Below are positions 19,325-30,141 of a DNA stretch of 64,000 nucleotides, one piece after another (the stretch's first letter is position 1; each line of letters opens with the position of its first letter). The position numbers were made by a program, and so were the translations under genes. The notes beneath the pieces were generated by a model. The model did no database searches, was not told where the DNA came from, and worked only from the letters and a program-made list of their open reading frames with translations. Origin of the DNA: Olivibacter ginsenosidimutans (GTDB lineage Bacteria; Bacteroidota; Bacteroidia; Sphingobacteriales; Sphingobacteriaceae); contig NZ_BAABIQ010000002.1 in NCBI RefSeq assembly GCF_039542865.1, positions 12,989 through 76,988 of the forward strand, written 5' to 3'.

Positions 19325-22300
19325 CTATAACGTTTCCATAAACATTTTTCTAATCTGTTGGTGGTATTTTTGTGGACTTACTCGTAAAAAAATGGTAATT
19401 AAGTCGGTCGATATAGGTTTCAATGTAGCATAACGATACTGCATTAAAAATTGGTGTAGGGCATTATTCACGTTATCTTCACCAATAAGCTGGGCAAGCT
19501 TAACCATCACAACGGCACCCTTGGAATAGGATATATGCGTATTTTCATCGGTTACCCGATAAAGGGCTTGCGGTTTTGAAAAACCACTTGATGCCCTGTA
19601 AATCTGCTCGTGAACCTTTAAGTGTTGCAACATTTTTTCTCTCCCGTGCACCTGTTTATAAAGCATCATCTCGGTATACATGGCCAAGGTTTCGGTAAGC
19701 ATAGCTGCTCCTTCACGCTGATCTGGATCAATTTGGTTACCGCCCCACCACATATGTGAAAGTTCGTGTCCCACCAATTCGACAATCACATCTTGTTGTT
19801 CATCAGCATGTACGTTAGCATGAAAAAGCATATCTTCTGTCATAAAGACCGTGCTCGGATAGGCAGTAGCCGCAAAGCCACGGGTAAAGCTGGAAATTTC
19901 CGCAAAAGTAAGGGAATGAAATGGATAAGAACCAAAGTTCTGTTCGCAATAGGCTAAAGTACGTTTAGCATTTTGGATTAATTGAGACACGTTTTCGGTA
20001 TGTTCGGGATGATAATAGACAGAAATAGGCAAATCCTTGTAATGGTCTTTTTGAACACGATAGGTAGCTGATGACAATCCAAAACGAAAGGGTATAGGGC
20101 TGCTACTACGATATCGGAAGTAATTTCGGTGGTTTCGTGTCCAGGTCTGTATTAACTCGCCCGTACCCACAACATGCTGATCGCCTGAGGTGGAAACAAG
20201 CATATCCAAATGAATAAAATCATCGGTACTATCTCTTGGTGCATCGACTTTTTTATCTGGACTAACAGAACCTAAATCATATAGGGCACGTTGACTAGCT
20301 TGATCAATTTCACGGCTTCGCTGATAGCCAATTTGCGGAAAATATCTACTGATACGAATAAAGCTGCCATTGTTGACGATAGCATTAAATGATTGATGCC
20401 CATTGACCGCATGCCCAGTGAATGATAAATGAAACTGTAACTGTGCAGTAGCGCCGGGAGCTAGCGGATTGGTCAAGCATAATTCACTAACAGCCTTGTT
20501 AAAGGTATGTTTTTCCGCGGTAGAAGTGTATATGGCCCGAATAATATGGAAATCGTCAGGTATATTAATCAATATTCGATCGATATGGTGTTTACTTTTG
20601 TTTTGAAGCTGATACACACCTTTTAATTGATAAGCATGCTGCACCGGATAGAGTGCAATTTCTGTGCTTACATGGGTAATAGTAGGCTGAGGCAAGTGTT
20701 CATATATTTTATATCGCTTTTCATAGGTAGCTGATGCATATAAAACGGTCTGCTCATCACGTGGAAAATAACCTTGTTGAAAGGTGTAACCACTGTAAAG
20801 CCCAAATGCCAGCGAGCAGCATATGGCTAACAATGGGCGCCATCCAAGTTTTCGTCGCCTGATACTCCAATCGATTATAACTACGATAAGTAAGATGGAA
20901 AAACAAAAAAACATTCGGTAAATTGCACTGAACAAATAGAAATCATAACCGTTGAAATCGCTGAAGGGTCCGTGGTAGGTTGAAAAAAACTGGAATAAGG
21001 GAAAGGGAATCAGTTGTTTGTAAAAAGGGCTTTGCGCAAAGATCGCAATCGTTAGGGATAAGGTTAAAGCGAAATAACGCTGTTTCACCCAACTATGGAG
21101 CAATAACACTAGTACACTGAAAAACAATAGGGGCAAGGTATTAAAAACAAAAATGCCAAGATAGCCCCTCCAGTGAATATGAGGATAATGATAAGCATAT
21201 TGAAATAAGATACCTTCTATTACCATCAATAAGCTGAAGAACAGTAGTAGCAGAAATACCGATAGCATATGCCCTATCTGTTTTGTTTTGGCATAATAGG
21301 TAGCATTCTCCAATACATCAAATGCTGAAGCCTGACTGCGTGCATAAAGATCGTTGACGATATAAGCAAAAAGTAACATTGCTAATGGATGAAAACTTTC
21401 ACAGATGGTGGTTGTCATCAATCCGGTTCTGGCATACTGCTGTGGCAAGCGGATGCCCTGATCAATTGCTGCATACAACTCCATTCCAACATAAAATAAA
21501 ATGATGATGCTCATGCAAAACAAGATGATGCTCTTACCTATATATAAAAGATCCTTTTTCGTAAAAGACCAAATAGCACTTAGAAAATTTAAACGACGAA
21601 AGCTGGGTTCGATACCGACCAATGGCAATGTATGAGCGAGCTTTGTGGATATTGAAATTGGTTTGGCTTTGGCGCGCGACATTGTGCCATGAAAGGATAA
21701 GCGAAAATGGCCCGCAGCAATAAAAAACATGCTTAAAATCAGGATGATGCATCTATTGATGAGAAAATAGCCGCTTAAAGGAACAAGAAAATTATTACGC
21801 GCCACTACACTAAAATGGCTACTCTCAAAGAAATAGGCCGATAATCCATAAGGATCAACACATGCAGATAACCGTTGAACGAACAAAGATTGTGGTAAAC
21901 TACTGGCCATGAAAGGCGAATCGGAAAATACCAATAGTATTATATAGGGTATGTAAAGGCATAAACCACTAATGGCGGTTAATAGCTTTTTGCGCGTATG
22001 CCAAGCTATAAAATAGAGTACGCTACAGGTGAATAGCGTGTTAATAAAGCCAAACACCAAAAAAGCATAGCCGTAGTGAAAAAGATTTGAATGGACCTGT
22101 ATATCTGGCCCACTACGCAATTGTTGGCCAACAGTGAAACCGATGATTAGCCATAAAAAACTGCTGAAGACCAGACAGAAAAAAGAGGAGAATCGACCAA
22201 GGCTAAAGGTAAGTTTATTGATCGGTGTACTGAACAAAATGGCGTCAATATGTGTGTCCCACTCTTTAAACAGCAATTGGCAACCCAAAATAGTCGCTAT

Positions 22301-22495
22301 AAAAATGACCGACAGACTCAATATGCCGATTAAAAACCCAATAGTATAAGGCGAATTCACATAAATACCCTCACCAATTGAAAAATTAAATCGCATGCCT
22401 GCAAATAGTCCCATACCTATTAGCATGGATGCCAATAGGTATGCTGAAAAACGCCTAAGATAAGGAGTAATGTCAAAGCGAAAAATAGCGTTCAT
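19325..22495 (-). CDS. fusion protein: ABC-2 type transporter permease (about 12 TM) + M1-family gluzincin aminopeptidase domain
   Basis: 1056 aa. The N-terminal ~600 aa are highly hydrophobic multi-TM. The C-terminal ~450 aa have HELSHMWWGG (HExxH) and a downstream Glu ligand (AMLTETLAMYTE), the M1 zinc site. The start ATG overlaps the stop of the upstream ABC ATPase (ATGA). Confidence 0.8.
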   Translation of the reverse strand: MNAIFRFDITPYLRRFSAYLLASMLIGMGLFAGMRFNFSIGEGIYVNSPYTIGFLIGILSLSVIFIATILGCQLLFKEWDTHIDAILFSTPINKLTFSLGRFSSFFCLVFSSFLWLIIGFTVGQQLRSGPDIQVHSNLFHYGYAFLVFGFINTLFTCSVLYFIAWHTRKKLLTAISGLCLYIPYIILLVFSDSPFMASSLPQSLFVQRLSACVDPYGLSAYFFESSHFSVVARNNFLVPLSGYFLINRCIILILSMFFIAAGHFRLSFHGTMSRAKAKPISISTKLAHTLPLVGIEPSFRRLNFLSAIWSFTKKDLLYIGKSIILFCMSIIILFYVGMELYAAIDQGIRLPQQYARTGLMTTTICESFHPLAMLLFAYIVNDLYARSQASAFDVLENATYYAKTKQIGHMLSVFLLLLFFSLLMVIEGILFQYAYHYPHIHWRGYLGIFVFNTLPLLFFSVLVLLLHSWVKQRYFALTLSLTIAIFAQSPFYKQLIPFPLFQFFSTYHGPFSDFNGYDFYLFSAIYRMFFCFSILLIVVIIDWSIRRRKLGWRPLLAICCSLAFGLYSGYTFQQGYFPRDEQTVLYASATYEKRYKIYEHLPQPTITHVSTEIALYPVQHAYQLKGVYQLQNKSKHHIDRILINIPDDFHIIRAIYTSTAEKHTFNKAVSELCLTNPLAPGATAQLQFHLSFTGHAVNGHQSFNAIVNNGSFIRISRYFPQIGYQRSREIDQASQRALYDLGSVSPDKKVDAPRDSTDDFIHLDMLVSTSGDQHVVGTGELIQTWTRNHRNYFRYRSSSPIPFRFGLSSATYRVQKDHYKDLPISVYYHPEHTENVSQLIQNAKRTLAYCEQNFGSYPFHSLTFAEISSFTRGFAATAYPSTVFMTEDMLFHANVHADEQQDVIVELVGHELSHMWWGGNQIDPDQREGAAMLTETLAMYTEMMLYKQVHGREKMLQHLKVHEQIYRASSGFSKPQALYRVTDENTHISYSKGAVVMVKLAQLIGEDNVNNALHQFLMQYRYATLKPISTDLITIFLRVSPQKYHQQIRKMFMETL

Positions 22496-23418
22496 AAGCG
22501 TGCTTCAAAAGTATGTAAATAGGTGAAATAAACATGTTCTAGGGTAGGTTCGGCTAGTTGAAAATCTGTAAGTGGCACCGTTGAAAATACAGTGATATGT
22601 AGTTTTTTGGCAATCAATTGCTCGCTAATTATAGTATAACGAGAAGCATAATCTGACAGTGTTGATCGATCAATGGCTTTGGTCCATAGTTTACCGTTAA
22701 GTTTAGCAATTAACCGTCCGGGTTCTCCTGTGATCAATACCTCGCCATGTTGCATAATAGCCATTTGAGAACAAAGATGATACACATCCGTCACCAAATG
22801 TGTAGAAAGGATGACGACAATCTCTTCGCTGATTTCACCGAGCAAATTGTTCAACCGGTTTCGCTCCTCTGGGTCTAAACCTGCTGTAGGCTCGTCTACA
22901 ATGATCAGCTTAGGATTTCCTAACAGTGCCTGTGCAATGCCAAAACGCTGTTTCATACCTCCAGAAAATGTATGGACTTCCCGAGCCCCATGAGCGGTTA
23001 AATTGACTTTATCGAGCAAAGCGAGTATTTGTGTTTTGCGAGCAGTAACATCATGTACTCCCTTTTAAACGGCAAGATGTTGTAGGAGTTGATACGCGGA
23101 TAATTTGGGATAAACACCAAAATCTTGCGGCAGATACCCAAGGTTTTGCTTAACATAAGCCGGATCTCGAACGACATCGTGTTGGTTAAAATAAATTGAA
23201 CCCGAACTTGGTTGCTGCATACCTACAATTGTTTTCATCAAAGATGATTTACCGGCACCATTTGGTCCCAACAGGCCAAACATACCCTGACCAATCTCAA
23301 GCGAGACATTGTTTAAAGCCTGTACGCCATTTTTATACGTGAGACAAAGTTGTTGAATGGATAAGTTGTTCATAACAGTTAATTTTTGGACAATAGTATG
23401 GCAGGCAATGCAATACAT
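22492..23418 (-). pseudogene. ABC transporter ATP-binding protein interrupted by an in-frame TAA stop (codon at 23065..23067)
   Basis: N-terminal ORF 23065..23418 carries Walker A (GPNGAGKSS). C-terminal ORF 22492..23019 carries the signature FSGGMKQRF and Walker B (IIVDEPTAGLD). Both are in the same frame. Read-through gives ...QHLAV*KGVHDVTARKTQILALLDKVNL..., so a single TTA->TAA change would explain the stop. Confidence 0.75.
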
Positions 23419-23448
23419 CGCTTTTTTTGCAAATAAACTTTTATTAGT

Positions 23449-23655
23449 TTATTCCTCCACGTAGGCTAAAATATCCCCCGGTTGGCAATCTAGAATTTTA
23501 CAGATGGCCTCAAGGGTTTCAAAGCGAATACCTTTTGCTTTACCTGTTTTGAGAATAGATAAGTTGGCTTGTGTGATCCCTAGTAGCTCAGCCAATTCTT
23601 TGCTTTGCATTTTGCGCTTGGCAAGCATGACGTCTAAGTTTATAATAATCGGCAT
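23449..23655 (-). CDS. XRE/Cro-type HTH transcriptional regulator (YozG-like, HTH_26)
   Basis: 68 aa (MPIIINLDVMLAKRKMQSKELAELLGITQANLSILKTGKAKGIRFETLEAICKILDCQPGDIL). Starts 1 bp after the DUF2975-like gene. Confidence 0.8.
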   Translation of the reverse strand: MPIIINLDVMLAKRKMQSKELAELLGITQANLSILKTGKAKGIRFETLEAICKILDCQPGDILAYVEE

Positions 23656-23656
23656 G

Positions 23657-24193
23657 CTATATAATTAAATCTTGTTCGCGTTGTAAATAAAGACCCTGTG
23701 TAAAAATACTTGCTAAAAAGTAGCTAAATATACCTAAAATCAAATGTACAGATACCAAAGCCCAGATAACGCTTTCGATTGGTACAAAAAAACTTGCTAC
23801 GATGGTCGCAACACTTGGTATCCATACATTTAATTGATAAAACCTTTTTAGGTGCAGCACATGTGATGATATAAATAATTTTGCTTGGAAAAACACTTTA
23901 AACACATTTGCCGCCAACCAAAAGAAAATCCCATACAACATGATAGGCAATAAAAGGGAAAAGAGCATATACGACCAACTATTTTCCAATAAAAGAAACG
24001 CCTTTTGGGAAAAGGGGTAATTAATACGTAGGTATTGATTATTGCTATAACTTGCTATACTCCAACCACTGATTAAGCAGAGAGCACTGTAAATACCAGT
24101 GCCTAAATACGCAATAGCCGCTATGCGGGTAACGTAAAAAAGTATCTTGGATATTAATCTCGTTTGATTCATGGTAAAAAAATTATGATGCAA
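23657..24193 (-). CDS. DUF2975-like membrane protein (partner of YozG-type HTH)
   Basis: 178 aa with 4-5 predicted TM helices. It is the first gene of a tightly packed minus-strand operon. Confidence 0.55.
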   Translation of the reverse strand: MHHNFFTMNQTRLISKILFYVTRIAAIAYLGTGIYSALCLISGWSIASYSNNQYLRINYPFSQKAFLLLENSWSYMLFSLLLPIMLYGIFFWLAANVFKVFFQAKLFISSHVLHLKRFYQLNVWIPSVATIVASFFVPIESVIWALVSVHLILGIFSYFLASIFTQGLYLQREQDLII

Positions 24194-24464
24194 TAATAGC
24201 GAAAATTATTGTTTTACAATAATTTTTTAAAATAAAACAGTAATTCATAAAGATCACTGTTTTAAACAGGTACCTAAAATGATAAATGCTTAAGCCTGTT
24301 TCTGTAATAAGATGAACAATTGTTAACGGTGTAGATCTAGGATATGATCTGCTATAATACTTCTCAGGAAACGCGAAATTACAATCATGCGTGTTATAAA
24401 TTAGTTAATTGTTTGTAATAAATCTAAATAATATTAGATTTGCTAAGACAACGATCATCCAGAT

Positions 24465-24989
24465 ATGGAGACAGGCCAGTGGACATTTCAGAAAATAGCG
24501 TCATTTAAACGCCTATTCCAGTTTTATTGGGAAAGAGTGTTTGCACATTGTCTATTTTATTCAAAAGATCTGAATACCTCTAAAGATTTAACACAGAATA
24601 TTTTTCTCGATTTGTGGGAGAGGGGTAAGGAGTTTCCGGATCAAGAAAGTTTGGAAAAATACCTGTCTCGTTGTGCAAAATACCAAGTACTGAATTACTT
24701 TCACTATCAGAACACTACACAAAGATGCCCAATAGAGGATATACCCGAACAACCCGATTATCGGAATAATCCGGAATACCTATTTCAATATAAACAACTC
24801 GCCGAAAATCTTGAACGTTTGATTGATTCGCTACGAGAACCATGCCGTACGGTTTTTTGTATGAGTAGAAAACAAAATCTTAGCCATAAAGCCATCTCTA
24901 ACCAAATGGGCATATCCATTAGTACAGTGGAGTATCACATGAGCAATGCGCTACGTTACCTTCGAAAACAATTAGAAGCCCAACGCTAA
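24465..24989 (+). CDS. RNA polymerase ECF-type sigma-70 factor
   Basis: 174 aa with sigma region 2 (DLTQNIFLDLWERG) and region 4 (SHKAISNQMGISISTVEYHMSNALRYLRKQ). Followed by a FecR gene. Confidence 0.85.
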   Translation: METGQWTFQKIASFKRLFQFYWERVFAHCLFYSKDLNTSKDLTQNIFLDLWERGKEFPDQESLEKYLSRCAKYQVLNYFHYQNTTQRCPIEDIPEQPDYRNNPEYLFQYKQLAENLERLIDSLREPCRTVFCMSRKQNLSHKAISNQMGISISTVEYHMSNALRYLRKQLEAQR

Positions 24990-25155
24990 ACCTTTTTTAT
25001 TTTTTTTTAACTGATTTACAGTGCCTTGATAAAATCTTTTATTTTTTCACTGGGGTAACGCTTCCTTACTGTTAGATACCATAAATGGATGGAAGATTTG
25101 ACCTGCCAATGCATGCCCAGCCATGGCTGCGAAAGGTGGATAAAAACCAGGTGAA

Positions 25156-26100
25156 ATGGATAGAATAGATCCCGAGCTATTAAAAAGATATGCGGATGGA
25201 AGCTGCACAGATGAGGAACGCGCTATCGTGGAGGAGTGGTTAGATAAGGAGGATAATTTATTTGATCAAGAAGCTGAACCATTGCCGCAATACCAGTTGG
25301 ATAAACAGAAACGCGCACTATGGAATAGTTTTGTCGAAAAAGCTTTCCTGTACTCTGCAAGATTAAGATGGTGGAGATGGAGTTTGTATGTCAGTCTATT
25401 GGTATTGACAGGACTGGCCATACAAAGTATTTTCCACACCATACAGATCTATAAAGCTCCTGTAGTAATGCATACTCAAGAAGTACCACCGGGTAAAAAT
25501 TTGAAGCTCGTTTTGCCGGATAGCAGTACTGTTTGGCTTGCTGGGGGAAGCACATTGCGTTACCCGGAAACGTTTGCCGACTCTTTGCGTGAATTAAATT
25601 TGGTAGATGGAGAAATCTATTTACATGTTGTGCAAAAAAAGAACCAACCCTTCCGGCTTATTACCGATGGGGCGGTCATTCAGGTTTTGGGTACGCGTTT
25701 CTATGTAGAAAATCGACAGCATAATACACGTATGCGGATTGCACTTGAAGAGGGCAGCATTCGCTTTAGCCGAGGTACTAGTCGACAACTCCTTCAGCCA
25801 GGCGATCAATTGAGCTATTGGAAAGCAGATAGTACGTTCGAGATGCACCGCATTGCTCCAACTGATATTGCTAGATGGAGCAATGGCTTAATCCAATTTA
25901 ATCATACCGTCTTGCAGGAAGCGCTAGAAAAATTGGAAAACCATTACGGGGTTCGGTTTTTAATAGAGGGAAATCCAAACCTGAAACAACCGATAACAGG
26001 CAAATTTGATAACCTTCCGCTATCCCGTGTACTGCATCTTATGGAAGGCGTAACCAACCTGCACTTTAAGCAAGAGGGAAAAACAATAAAAATCAATTAA
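25156..26100 (+). CDS. FecR family anti-sigma factor
   Basis: 314 aa with a zinc-finger-like N-terminus (DGSCTDEERAIVEEWL), a single TM and a FecR periplasmic domain. Confidence 0.9.
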   Translation: MDRIDPELLKRYADGSCTDEERAIVEEWLDKEDNLFDQEAEPLPQYQLDKQKRALWNSFVEKAFLYSARLRWWRWSLYVSLLVLTGLAIQSIFHTIQIYKAPVVMHTQEVPPGKNLKLVLPDSSTVWLAGGSTLRYPETFADSLRELNLVDGEIYLHVVQKKNQPFRLITDGAVIQVLGTRFYVENRQHNTRMRIALEEGSIRFSRGTSRQLLQPGDQLSYWKADSTFEMHRIAPTDIARWSNGLIQFNHTVLQEALEKLENHYGVRFLIEGNPNLKQPITGKFDNLPLSRVLHLMEGVTNLHFKQEGKTIKIN

Positions 26101-26256
26101 TAAAAAAGAGGTATGACGAAAAAAAATAGGGCTAGCCCTGCCATTGGCTTGTTAAGCAATTCAGTTACATAAAAAGTACCGTCAGCGTGTTCCAGCACGC
26201 CGACGGATAAATACATCAATTTTTCAATTCATGATTTAATTAAGAACTTAAAACTA

Positions 26257-28915
26257 ATGAAATTATTTCAACTTCAAAACCCATTATTTGCTTTTGCATT
26301 AAGTCTCAGCCTTACCTTATATTCCTTTACTTACACATTAGCACAGGATCAACCAACACAACGCATTGTTTTAAAAGCGAATACAGCTTCTGTTGAAGAG
26401 TTAATTGCAGCATTAGCGAAACAAGCGGGTTTGAATGTTGTGTATAGTGATATTTCCAGTGAATTACCGAAAAGTGAATATCGGATCCAAGGAAACGAAT
26501 GTGCGGCAATTGTTACAACGAATGTCAGACCAAACTAACCTTAAGATAAGTCTGACCGGTCGTGATGTAATGCTTAAATTAGTACAGAAAGGTACTGTGC
26601 AAGGGGCCGTACACGATAAAAACGGGGAGCCGATTGCCTATGTGAGCATTGCCATACGTGGAAAACAACATACACAAACCGATCAGCAGGGGCGATATTT
26701 ATTGAAGAATGTTGAAGAAGGAACGCATACAATAACGGCCAGCTATATTGGATTAAAAACACAGCAAGGGGTTGTAAAAGTTGTCAATAATGAGGTTGTG
26801 ACGCTAGATTTTACCTTTGACGAAGAGTCGCTGGCATTAGAAGAGACGGAAGTTTTTGGCGTACGGAATCAACAACCTGAAAAATTGGATGACATTACCC
26901 GTTTGCCATTAAAACCGTCTGATCAAATTCAGAGCATATCCATCATTTCTGATAAATTGATTCACCAACAGGGAACACTGACCGTTAGGGATGCCGTACA
27001 GAATGTACCGGGTGTCTATACCTTTTCTACCTATGCTAACACGAAGGAGAGTATCGCTTCACGTGGATTCCGGGGTATACCAACGCTCAAGAATGGTGTA
27101 CGGGTTTATGAAGATGGTTTAGGACAAGGATTCATAACAGACATGGAAGGGGTGGAGAGTATACAGGTATTGAAAGGTTCAAATGCAATTACACAAGGCC
27201 TATCAGCCGATGTGGGTAATTCTGGTGGTGTGGTAAATATCGTTACGAAAACACCTAAGTTCGAAAATAGTGGATATGTATCCATGCGGGTAGGTAGTTG
27301 GGGCTTGGTAAGGCCTGCTTTTGATGTACAGGGCTTGTTGAGCGAGGATAAAAAGGTTGGTTTCCGTATGAATGGTGCGTACGAACGTCGTGATAGCTAT
27401 CGCGCATTGGTTAGTGGTGAGAAAATATATGTGAACCCCTCACTGGCTTGGCGCCCTGATGAAAAGACGAAGCTCATTTTGGAAATGGATTACCTGAATG
27501 ATAGTCGTACGCCGGATGCGGGCACAGTAAACTTGGGAGACTTGGGAACTGACGCGATTTATAATTTACCATACAATCAGTATCTAGGTTTTGAAAATGA
27601 TCGTTATACGACTAAGAACCTGACGTATGCCTTGCGGTTTAACAGGGAACTTACGGATCAGTTAAATCTGAGGGTAGCCTATTTTGGCTCTACGCTGCGC
27701 ACCAATAGTCAAAGTGTAAATTTGGGAACATTGCGTGATACGGCAGTGAATATCCGCACCCGCAACATTATAGGCTCCACAGTAGAAAATAATAATACCG
27801 CACTTCAAATCGACTTGGTGGGCACGGAAATAGAGACTGGGCCTTTCAAACATACGTTTCAGGTAGGCGTAGATTATAAAACCGCGCTCATCAAAACCTA
27901 TCTGCCAGAAAACAATATGCTGCGCATCGACACCGTGGATGTTTACCAACCCTTGACCAACACGTTGCCGGTAAGTGCACGGTTTAATTGGAATGGGACA
28001 CCTGTATCGGATGTCCATATCAATTCCTACGGTTTAATGGCGCAAGATGTAGTGACAATCGGCGCTTATGTAAAAGCAATTATGGGTTTACGCTATAGCA
28101 CGTCAGAGACAGAGAGCAACGGTAACTACGGCACAACCCGAGGGAATGCCTGGAATCCACAACTTGGTGTGATCGTTTCGCCCATGGAGGGCTTCAATGT
28201 GTTTGGGTCTTATACCAGCAATACCAATATCAATGCGGCAGGAATCATTGACCGCGAAGGTAAACCACTTGGCCGTTCGCGTTATGATCAGTTTGAAGTA
28301 GGGACAAAAACGGAATGGTTTGATAATAGGCTTCGTTTCAACCTAACGCTTTATAAAATTAATAACCGAAACCTGCCGATGCGTATCTATGAAGGTAATA
28401 TTCCGACACCTTTCTATGAAAAAGGAGGGAATGACGAGCGTAAAGGTTTGGAAGCAGAGCTCACAGGTAGGCTATTACCGCAATTGGATATTATTGCTGG
28501 TTATGCTTATATCGATGCTAAATACAAGGACCATACTTCCTATTACTACAATTCGGCTCCGCTAAATACACCTAAACACACATATAACCTATACCTTAAT
28601 TATCGTGTTGATAGAGGAACACTGGAGGGACTTTCAGTAGGGGCAGGTATCTATTATCTAGGGAAGCGGCCGATAAGCGATTGGTCGAGAGTGGTTGACG
28701 AGCAGCATGGTATCCAGCCTGGACAAAAACCTTTTGATATGAAGAGTATCACAACGGTTAATGCACAAGCAGGTTATTTATTTAACCAGCGGTGGGATCT
28801 ACGTGTTTTTGTAAACAATATATTCGACGAAATTGGTTACAATGCTTACCGCAGTTTATATATTAACCAAACGGATCCACGAAATGTGTCGGCTATCCTT
28901 ACCTACCATTTTTAG
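26257..28915 (+). pseudogene. TonB-dependent receptor with N-terminal STN domain (FecA-like transducer), interrupted by a frameshift in an A4 run (26470..26473); may be a sequencing error
   Basis: ORF 26257..26538 has a signal peptide and the first half of the STN domain. ORF 26435..28915 in the +1 frame continues STN (VNIGSKETNVRQLLQRMSDQTNLKISL), then carboxypeptidase-regulatory-like, plug and barrel, ending in Phe. Deleting one A gives ...SSELPKVNIGSKE... as a single protein of about 885 aa. Confidence 0.75.
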
Positions 28916-28923
28916 TTCAGCCT

Positions 28924-30063
28924 ATGCAGATCATCAAAACAATACACCTGTGGCTCGGAATTGCTTCCGGGCTAGTGGTGTTTCTCGTTAGTATCACCGG
29001 GGCCCTTTTGGTATTTGAGGAAGATATAACGTTGTGGGGGCACAAATATGCTTTCATTCCACAGGAAGAAAAGGCTTTTATGACACCAACTGCTTTACTG
29101 CAAAAAGCAGAAAGTAGCGCTCCAAAAGGGATGAAGGTTGCCAGTATTTGGTATGGAACAAAGGTACGAAGCGCCCGCATAAGTTTTCGGGCAAATCAGG
29201 GGTCTGCTCATGCGGATGTATACCTGAACCCCTATAATGCCGAGGTACTGAATGTTGATGTAGAAGAGGATGACCATCACGAGGAGAATTTTTTCCATTT
29301 CATGGAAGACGGACATGTGCGTTTGTGGCTTCCCGAATCGATAGGCAAACCGTTGGTTGGCTACGGTACGCTTGCTTTTATCGTGACATTAATTACCGGA
29401 TTGATTTGGTGGTATCCAGCGAAATGGAATCGCGGAACGGTAAAGAAATCATTCTTGATCAAATGGAAGGCAAGATTTAAGCGATTAACGATTGATCTAC
29501 ATAATGTACCTGGTTTTTATTCGTTTCTTATTGCTATTTTGTTAGCCATTACGGGATTATATTTTAGTTTTCCATGGGTGGGTAAGGCTTCTTATTGGAT
29601 GTTCTCCGGAGGAAAAGAACAGGTACAAGTTCAGTTTCCTACTTCTGATACAAGCAGTACTGCCATATTAGATAGGAGCGAGCTATTGGATAGGATTTGG
29701 AAGGCACAGGGGGGCGGCATGAACCGGAATTGGAAACAGCTTTTTATAAGCTTTCCGATAGGACCGACAGCTACCTGGGTGGTAGCAGCAAATAAGTATA
29801 GCGTAAGTTCACACGCGACTGACCTGCATTTTTATGATCAGTATTCGGGCCGCGAATTACATAAACAGGACAAAACCACTGGGGAAATACTGAAAAGCGA
29901 TTTATCTTATCGCATTTTGCTTTATAATTACAATATCCATTTAGGGCGTATTGGTGGAGTGTTTACCAAATGGTTGGCTTTCGTCATTTGCTTAATATGT
30001 GCTTCTCTACCAGTTACTGGTGTGCTCATCTGGTATAACCGGAAATGGAAGCGCCTTGGTTAA
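28924..30063 (+). CDS. PepSY-associated TM helix domain protein (PiuB-like)
   Basis: 379 aa with the N-terminal motif IHLWLGIASGLVVFLVSITGALLVFEEDI, TM helices at both ends and a C-terminal WYNRKWKR. Immediately downstream of the TonB-dependent receptor. Confidence 0.8.
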   Translation: MQIIKTIHLWLGIASGLVVFLVSITGALLVFEEDITLWGHKYAFIPQEEKAFMTPTALLQKAESSAPKGMKVASIWYGTKVRSARISFRANQGSAHADVYLNPYNAEVLNVDVEEDDHHEENFFHFMEDGHVRLWLPESIGKPLVGYGTLAFIVTLITGLIWWYPAKWNRGTVKKSFLIKWKARFKRLTIDLHNVPGFYSFLIAILLAITGLYFSFPWVGKASYWMFSGGKEQVQVQFPTSDTSSTAILDRSELLDRIWKAQGGGMNRNWKQLFISFPIGPTATWVVAANKYSVSSHATDLHFYDQYSGRELHKQDKTTGEILKSDLSYRILLYNYNIHLGRIGGVFTKWLAFVICLICASLPVTGVLIWYNRKWKRLG

Positions 30064-30141
30064 TTTATTGTATATTTGCCATATTTCGTAAGTCGAAAAC
30101 AGTCTTTTTAGACAAAATAACTAGTCTGCTTTAACAAATAA

